DNA from: Pseudothioglobus sp. nBUS_23
Lineage (GTDB): Bacteria > Pseudomonadota > Gammaproteobacteria > PS1 > Pseudothioglobaceae
NCBI RefSeq assembly: GCF_051201565.1
Contig: NZ_CP179200.1
Coordinates: 1,290,001-1,322,000, forward strand
Reading direction: 5' to 3'
Length of the DNA: 32,000 nt
The translations under genes and the position numbers were made by a program. Below the pieces are notes generated by a model. The model was not told where the DNA came from. It made no database searches and worked only from the letters and a program-made list of their open reading frames with translations. Every line of letters begins with the position of its first letter. Position 1 is the first letter of the stretch. Positions 26,779-32,000 of this stretch are shown one piece after another.

Positions 26779-27636
26779 ATGAGTATTAAGTTAGGCTTTA
26801 AAAAGTCGTCAATTGCTATCACAGCATTACTATTATCAATAGGCATGACTGCTAAAGCAGGCGTCGTTTATGATTATATTAAAAATAATAATGAGCTAAT
26901 GATTGCAACTGATGCAAACTGGGCTCCGTTTTCTTACATTAACGATGCGGGTGAAATGGAAGGTTTTGACGTAGATGTTGCAAGAGAGATAGCAAAGCGT
27001 ATGGGCGTTGAAGCGCGCTTTATAACTCCTGCATGGGATGTCATTACTTCAGGCAACTGGAATATGCGTTGGGACGTGTCAGTTGGATCAATGACACCAA
27101 CTGAGAGCCGCTCTGAAGTTCTAAACTTCCCAGCTGTATACTACTACACTCCAGCAGCGTTTGCAGTTCATACAGACTCGCCAGTGACTACATTAGCTGG
27201 CTTAAACGGTAAAAATGTTTGTACAACAGCAGCTTCGACTTGGGAAATGTACCTTCAAGGAAACCTAGATATGCTAAATGCTCCAGCCTTTTCATACAAG
27301 GTAACTCCTGGAACAATTACTTCTCTGGTTGACGGTTCAGCTTGCTTAGATGATACGCGTCTTGGGGCTGGCGTTCGTAATGACGCTGTTATAGATTCAG
27401 TACCTATGCTTCAAAATGCAATTGACTCTGGTTATCCTATTAAGTTCTTGGGCGATAACGCTTTCTATGAGCCTTTATCAATTGCTACTGACAAGGGCAA
27501 TGATGATCCTGAGCTAGACGCTGAGATTGCTAGAATTATTGCAGAGATGCAAAAAGACTACACTTTGTCTTTGTTATCAATGAAGTGGTTTAAAAATGCA
27601 GACGGTAGCTCTAACGACTACACTGTTGCATATTAA
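26779..27636 (+). CDS. Polar amino-acid ABC transporter substrate-binding protein (family 3 SBP)
   Basis: Signal peptide MSIKLGFKKSSIAITALLLSIGMTAKA. WAPFSY..GFDVDVAREIAKRMG is typical of SBP_bac_3. Strong RBS AAAGGAG. Ligand unknown. Confidence 0.8.
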   Translation: MSIKLGFKKSSIAITALLLSIGMTAKAGVVYDYIKNNNELMIATDANWAPFSYINDAGEMEGFDVDVAREIAKRMGVEARFITPAWDVITSGNWNMRWDVSVGSMTPTESRSEVLNFPAVYYYTPAAFAVHTDSPVTTLAGLNGKNVCTTAASTWEMYLQGNLDMLNAPAFSYKVTPGTITSLVDGSACLDDTRLGAGVRNDAVIDSVPMLQNAIDSGYPIKFLGDNAFYEPLSIATDKGNDDPELDAEIARIIAEMQKDYTLSLLSMKWFKNADGSSNDYTVAY

Positions 27637-27680
27637 ACAAAGAGTAATACTATAAGTTTTACTTAAGTTAAGAGAAAGGT

Positions 27681-28646
27681 ATGTTCGTCGATACCGTTGT
27701 TGAAGATAAGGCGCTGCACAAACCAGCATTTCTTATCGGTCTTTCAGTAGCGGTATTGGCGTTTTTCTTTGCCTTCAATTTCACCAACACCATCTTTGGT
27801 GAATTCTTATCTCCAGTTATTGGAAATCCTGAAGAAAGCGGTTTGTTTGGACGCTTTGTAGTCTCATTTGTTCTGTCTGTTATTTTTGTCCTCAACCTGC
27901 TTGCAATTAGTTTTGCAAGACTGAAGATACAAATTTTGATTGTATGGTTTGAGTTATTCCTTCTATTCCTAGCTTTTGCGTACTCGTTTGACCTGAAGCT
28001 ATCGTTCATTCAGAGCAGAATTGGGTTAATGATATCTAAGGGACTTTTTACAACGATCTATATATCAGCGGTTTCCATCGTTATTGCGACTGCAATAGCA
28101 ATAGTAGGAGCAATCGCTAAGCTTTCAAATAATGGTTTTGCATACGCTATAGCGAGTTTTTATACCTCACTATTTAGAGGGCTGCCCCTACTTTTACAGG
28201 TATATCTGATCTATAAAGGTCTCCCACAGCTGGGATTTATGGTGGATGCAATACCTTCTGGAATTGCTGCGCTCTCACTATGTTATGGCGCATACATGAC
28301 TGAAATCTTTAGGGCTGGAATTCAGAGCATCCCTAAAGGTCAGTGGGAAGCTTCAAGAGCTCTAGGCTTTAAATCTGGACTCATACTTCGAAAGATTATT
28401 CTGCCTCAATCAATCCCTATTATCGTTCCTCCAACAGGAAACCAATTTATTGCGATGCTGAAAGACAGTTCTTTGGTCTCAGTTCTCGGCATTTGGGAGT
28501 TGATGTATCTTGCAAAAACGCTTGGTCAAAGAGACTTTAGACACATGGAGATGCTGCTTACAGCGGCCATGATTTATTGGGGATTAACCATTATTCTTGA
28601 GATGATACAAGCGAGAATTGAAAGAAAATACCAACAAAAAACTTGA
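27681..28646 (+). CDS. Amino-acid ABC transporter permease (HisM/GlnP type) with an N-terminal extension of about 100 aa
   Basis: The C-terminal ~220 aa carry the His/Glu/Gln/Arg/opine permease signature ([14 protein letters not shown]; EAA-like loop [24 protein letters not shown]). The N-terminal ~100 aa add three predicted TM helices. Confidence 0.8.
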   Translation: MFVDTVVEDKALHKPAFLIGLSVAVLAFFFAFNFTNTIFGEFLSPVIGNPEESGLFGRFVVSFVLSVIFVLNLLAISFARLKIQILIVWFELFLLFLAFAYSFDLKLSFIQSRIGLMISKGLFTTIYISAVSIVIATAIAIVGAIAKLSNNGFAYAIASFYTSLFRGLPLLLQVYLIYKGLPQLGFMVDAIPSGIAALSLCYGAYMTEIFRAGIQSIPKGQWEASRALGFKSGLILRKIILPQSIPIIVPPTGNQFIAMLKDSSLVSVLGIWELMYLAKTLGQRDFRHMEMLLTAAMIYWGLTIILEMIQARIERKYQQKT

Positions 28647-29404
28647 TGATGAGTAGCGAAATAACAAATCAAAATCCGGTCATTTCTCTGAAGGGAGTCA
28701 ACAAATGGTATGGAGACTTCCAGGCCCTTAAAGATATCAATCTTGAGATTAATGCCAAGGAGAAAATTGTGATTTGTGGACCATCAGGGTCAGGTAAATC
28801 AACCTTAATTAGATGCCTAAACCGATTAGAAGCTCATCAGGATGGGCAAATTCATGTCACCGGAATTGAGCTTCATGAAACCATGAAGGATATTGACATT
28901 GTTAGGCAAGACATCGGAATGGTCTTCCAAGGGTTTAATTTATTCCCGCATCTGACTGTTCTTGAGAACTGCATGGCGGGACCAAACTGGGTCAGGGGGA
29001 TTGATGAAAGTGAAGCCAAAGAAAGGGCTATGTCACTCCTTAAACAGGTCAAAATTCCAGAACAAGCAGACAAATACCCTGAACAGTTATCAGGCGGACA
29101 GCAGCAACGGGTGGCGATTGCAAGAAGTTTGTGTATGCAGCCTAAAGTCATGCTTTTTGATGAGCCTACCTCAGCGCTGGATCCAGAAATGGTTTCTGAA
29201 GTACTCGACACAATGGTAGAACTAGCAAAAAGCGGTATGACTATGATCTGTGTTACCCATGAAATGGGATTTGCAAAGCAGGTTGCTGACAGGATTATTT
29301 TTATGGATGAGGGTGAGATTGTTGAAGAGAATACACCAGAAGAATTCTTTAATAATCCTCAAAATGTTCGAACTAAGACCTTTCTAGATCAGATTCTGAG
29401 TTAA
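28646..29404 (+). CDS. Amino-acid ABC transporter ATP-binding protein
   Basis: Walker [10 protein letters not shown], signature [13 protein letters not shown], Walker [12 protein letters not shown] and H-loop VTHEMGFA (GlnQ/HisP type). ATG at 28646 overlaps the permease TGA; a TTG at 28643 is also in frame. Confidence 0.88.
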   Translation: MMSSEITNQNPVISLKGVNKWYGDFQALKDINLEINAKEKIVICGPSGSGKSTLIRCLNRLEAHQDGQIHVTGIELHETMKDIDIVRQDIGMVFQGFNLFPHLTVLENCMAGPNWVRGIDESEAKERAMSLLKQVKIPEQADKYPEQLSGGQQQRVAIARSLCMQPKVMLFDEPTSALDPEMVSEVLDTMVELAKSGMTMICVTHEMGFAKQVADRIIFMDEGEIVEENTPEEFFNNPQNVRTKTFLDQILS

Positions 29405-30471
29405 GCTGACTCTTTAAAATACTCTCTGAAAGCATCAATGACAAAGAGTATGTCTTTCTCTTTGATTCCAAGATGACAAACTAACCTGCCTCTATCCAGA
29501 TTAGAAATAATGATTTCTCTTTCTAATAAAAACTTTTCAAGCGGCTTTCTATGGGGCTCATGACAGTTAACAAAAACCATATTGGTCTGACTCTCACTAA
29601 AGTCAACCGACAGCTCTTCTAATGAAGATAAGCCCTCTGCTAGGAGTTTAGCGTTATCATGATCCTCCTGAAGCCTTTGAATGTTATTTTTTAAAGCATA
29701 CATGCCGCAAGCAGCAAGGACGCCGACTTGCCTCATACCGCCTCCAAGCATTTTTCTGAGTCGATGAGCTTTATCAATTGTCTCTTGGTCTGCAACTAGC
29801 AGTGAGCCCACAGGAGCGCCCAACCCTTTTGACAGGCAAATTGATACACTATCAAAAGAGTCTGTTAATTGTTTCATGGATAATCCAGTTTTGATATGCG
29901 CGTTAAACAGTCGTGCACCATCCAAATGCACTTTGAGGTTTTTACTATGGGCTCTTTTTGCAAGCTCATCAAGCTCACTCTGAGGCTGAACCCGTCCAGA
30001 GAAGGTATTTTCTAGGCAGAGTAGTTTAGTGACTGCATAATGTGGATCATCATCCTTGATTTGATTGAGCATATCCTCAATGTTCATTGAGCCTGATGCT
30101 GAAGTCTCAATGGGGCAAATACCTACACCGCCTAAGACTGAAACGCCTCTGGCCTCGTATACATTGGTATGATAATTTTTTCCTATGAGGACTTCATCAC
30201 CTCTTTGGCAATGAGATAGCATTGCAGTGAGGTTGCTCTGAGTGCCACTAGGGAAGAATAATGCTGCCTCTTTCTCTAAGAGTTTTGCTGCATATTTTTG
30301 AAGATCATTGACCTCTTGATCTTCACCATAGACATCATCACCAAGCCTAGCATTCTCGATGCATTCAAGCATTTCATTAGAGGGAAGAGTAACAGTATCA
30401 CTTCTAAAATCAATTGGATTTTTTAAAATGATTTTTTGCGAATGGCTTGTATTAGAATTATATTGATTCAT
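29401..30471 (-). CDS. ltaE: Low-specificity L-threonine aldolase
   Basis: Colinear with E. coli LtaE: [41 protein letters not shown] (PLP Lys), [21 protein letters not shown]. Confidence 0.88.
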   Translation of the reverse strand: MNQYNSNTSHSQKIILKNPIDFRSDTVTLPSNEMLECIENARLGDDVYGEDQEVNDLQKYAAKLLEKEAALFFPSGTQSNLTAMLSHCQRGDEVLIGKNYHTNVYEARGVSVLGGVGICPIETSASGSMNIEDMLNQIKDDDPHYAVTKLLCLENTFSGRVQPQSELDELAKRAHSKNLKVHLDGARLFNAHIKTGLSMKQLTDSFDSVSICLSKGLGAPVGSLLVADQETIDKAHRLRKMLGGGMRQVGVLAACGMYALKNNIQRLQEDHDNAKLLAEGLSSLEELSVDFSESQTNMVFVNCHEPHRKPLEKFLLEREIIISNLDRGRLVCHLGIKEKDILFVIDAFREYFKESA

Positions 30472-30479
30472 AGACTGCC

Positions 30480-30905
30480 TTATAAAGGCTTAACAACTGC
30501 AAGAATAATGATAGAAATCAAAAAAACGACTGGAAATTCATTAAACCATCTAAAGAAAACATGGGACTTAGTATTTTTATCAGCAGCAAAAATGCCAACC
30601 AAATAACCGCAATAAAAGTGATACCCAACAAGAATTGCAACTAGCAACAGCTTAATCTTAAGCCAATACATACTACTATAGACCTCCCAAGCATAGCTCT
30701 GAAGCATCCAGAAACCCATTATGGTAGTTAATATAAAGCTCGGCATCATGATTCCGTTATAGAGCTTTCGCTCCATAATCTTGAACCGCTCTATACTGAT
30801 TTCATCCTCAGCCATGGAGTGATAAACGAACAGCCTTGGCAAGTAAAACATCCCTGCCATCCAAGAAACAAATCCAAAAACATGTATCGCTTTAACCCAG
30901 AGCAT
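30480..30905 (-). CDS. hemJ: Protoporphyrinogen IX oxidase HemJ
   Basis: 141-aa four-TM protein with the HemJ-family N-terminus WVKAIHVFGFVSWMAGMFYLPRLFVYH. Confidence 0.8.
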   Translation of the reverse strand: MLWVKAIHVFGFVSWMAGMFYLPRLFVYHSMAEDEISIERFKIMERKLYNGIMMPSFILTTIMGFWMLQSYAWEVYSSMYWLKIKLLLVAILVGYHFYCGYLVGIFAADKNTKSHVFFRWFNEFPVVFLISIIILAVVKPL

Positions 30906-31056
30906 AATATATAGGAAAAAATAAAAACCATAATACCGTTTCGGTTTGTTTTTATGTTTATTTTTCAGAGTTTTAATCTTTTATTCCTTCGGTGATTTAA
31001 CTCTTCGATGTCCTTACACATAGTAAAATTTAAATAAAAATTATTCTTAATTCTCC

Positions 31057-32000
31057 ATGCTGAATTTTTTTAAGAAAAATCAAAACGTAGACTCCAATGA
31101 AGATAAAAATAAATCATCTTTAAAGGACAGGCTTTTCAAATCTAAAAAAAAGCTGGGTGATGGCCTTTCCTCTCTGGTCATTGGTAAAAAGAAGATTGAT
31201 GAGGATCTTCTTGAGGAGCTGGAAGTCCTTTTAATCAGTTCAGATATAGGCATACAAACTACAGACAAGGTCATAGAAAGTGTTAGAAAGAAAGCCTCAA
31301 GAAAAGAGCTGAAAGATGAAGACAGCTTATATCAACTTATTAAGGTTGAACTTGAATCTCTATTGATTACTGATAGCAATTTTAATCCCAGCTATGAAAT
31401 CCCTTTTGTCATTCTTGTCGTTGGAATCAATGGTGCTGGTAAGACTACAACCATTGGCAAACTTGCTAAATTGTTTCAGAGTGAAGGCAAATCAGTCATG
31501 CTCGCTGCTGGAGACACTTTTAGAGCAGCTGCAGTTGAACAACTTCAGGTCTGGGGTGAGAGAAATGATATACCGGTAATTGCTCAAAAGACTGGCTCAG
31601 ATGCTGCCTCAGTGGTCTATGACGCTTATCAGTCTGCAATCGCTAAAAAAATTGATATTTTAATTGCTGATACTGCAGGAAGGCTTCATACCCAGGGCAA
31701 CCTGATGCAAGAGCTCGAGAAAATCAAGAGAGTTCTAAAAAAACACAATGAGAAGGCTCCTCACGAGACCCTTTTGGTTATCGATGGTGGCTCAGGTCAA
31801 AATGCAGTTCAACAAGCAAAAGAGTTTCATAAGTCAATCAACTTATCTGGATTAGCTATCACCAAGCTTGATGGCACAGCGAAGGGTGGTGTTTTATTTT
31901 CAATTTCAGACGCGCTCAAACTTCCGATACGCTTCATTGGCGTTGGGGAGGCAATTGAAGACCTAAAACCTTTCAATTCAAAAGATTTTGTAGGCGCCCT
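31057..32000 (+). CDS. ftsY: Signal recognition particle receptor FtsY (partial, runs off window end)
   Basis: Not in the ORF track because it has no stop within the window. Frame 1 from the ATG at 31057 reads MLNFFKK..., then SRP-GTPase motifs GINGAGKTTT (G1), DTAGR (G3), TKLDGTAKGG (G4) and IRFIGVGE. Confidence 0.88.
   Translation, partial: MLNFFKKNQNVDSNEDKNKSSLKDRLFKSKKKLGDGLSSLVIGKKKIDEDLLEELEVLLISSDIGIQTTDKVIESVRKKASRKELKDEDSLYQLIKVELESLLITDSNFNPSYEIPFVILVVGINGAGKTTTIGKLAKLFQSEGKSVMLAAGDTFRAAAVEQLQVWGERNDIPVIAQKTGSDAASVVYDAYQSAIAKKIDILIADTAGRLHTQGNLMQELEKIKRVLKKHNEKAPHETLLVIDGGSGQNAVQQAKEFHKSINLSGLAITKLDGTAKGGVLFSISDALKLPIRFIGVGEAIEDLKPFNSKDFVGA

Noticed and set aside
1086-29219. Many 60-113 aa ORFs in the track lie inside or antisense to the genes called above: 1086-1328(-), 4375-4626(-), 4998-5249(+), 14311-14520(+), 15145-15366(+), 17820-18137(+), 20585-20770(-), 21382-21570(-), 21809-22045(-), 22162-22359(-), 22375-22575(-), 23309-23512(-), 23352-23534(-), 23564-23830(-), 24411-24626(-), 24804-25025(-), 25834-26034(-), 26373-26678(+), 27668-28009(-), 28873-29211(-), 28962-29219(+).
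   Set aside because: Each is fully nested in, or largely overlaps, a longer ORF with unmistakable family motifs. Their translations are low-complexity or compositionally odd and carry no motifs or plausible RBS. They are expected by chance in alternative frames.
30906-31056. The 151-bp hemJ/ftsY spacer, including ACCG-ttt-CGGT followed by T-rich sequence and a TTCGNTG direct repeat, considered as a small RNA or terminator.
   Set aside because: Both flanking genes start here, so no terminator is needed. The stem is only 4 bp. Nothing resembles a known RNA family. This is most simply a divergent promoter region.
31080-31579. ORFs 31080-31274(-) and 31394-31579(+) in the apparently empty right end of the track.
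   Set aside because: The region is occupied by ftsY in frame 1 (31057 to the window end), which the track misses because it has no stop in the window. The two short ORFs are alternative-frame artefacts.
1-32000. Search for defence systems, toxin-antitoxin pairs, CRISPR arrays, integrases or transposases, tRNA genes, REP-like repeats or compositional islands.
   Set aside because: None was seen. All ORFs over 100 aa except one have housekeeping or metabolic assignments. Spacers are too short for arrays or RNA genes. I noticed no long direct or inverted repeats or abrupt composition shifts, though this was by eye, not computed.

Overview
AT-rich, very tightly packed chromosomal window. By my gene calls only about 1.1 kb of 32 kb is non-coding. 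It looks like core genome of a streamlined, probably marine, gammaproteobacterium; the taxon is inferred from strong resemblance of many products to E. coli and Pseudomonas proteins and cannot be confirmed here. I call 33 protein genes, two of them partial. I see no rRNA, tRNA, CRISPR, transposase, integrase, phage or recognisable defence genes. Layout: (1) the tail of a dcw cell-wall cluster, murC'-murB-ddl-ftsQ, which stops without ftsA/ftsZ; (2) a minus-strand operon of a ferredoxin-flavin reductase, bolA, mltD and an unknown membrane protein; (3) miaA and a displaced, convergently overlapping murD; (4) yccA-rppH-csiD-lhgO; (5) a large polyamine/GABA catabolic locus, with an amidotransferase, ureohydrolase, puuB-like and spuC-like genes on the minus strand, divergent from puuA-like-potFGHI-gabD; (6) hom-thrC-cysM; (7) a polar amino-acid ABC transporter; (8) hemJ-ltaE on the minus strand; (9) ftsY, partial. 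I do not find a clear-cut novel system. The items most worth follow-up are the consolidated polyamine/glutarate catabolic supercluster, which has a non-canonical amidotransferase where PuuD would be and no regulator; the broken dcw cluster; the bolA-mltD-unknown membrane protein operon; and the repeated convergent overlaps of coding 3' ends. All functional calls rest on motif and homology recognition by eye from the supplied translations. No database search was run.
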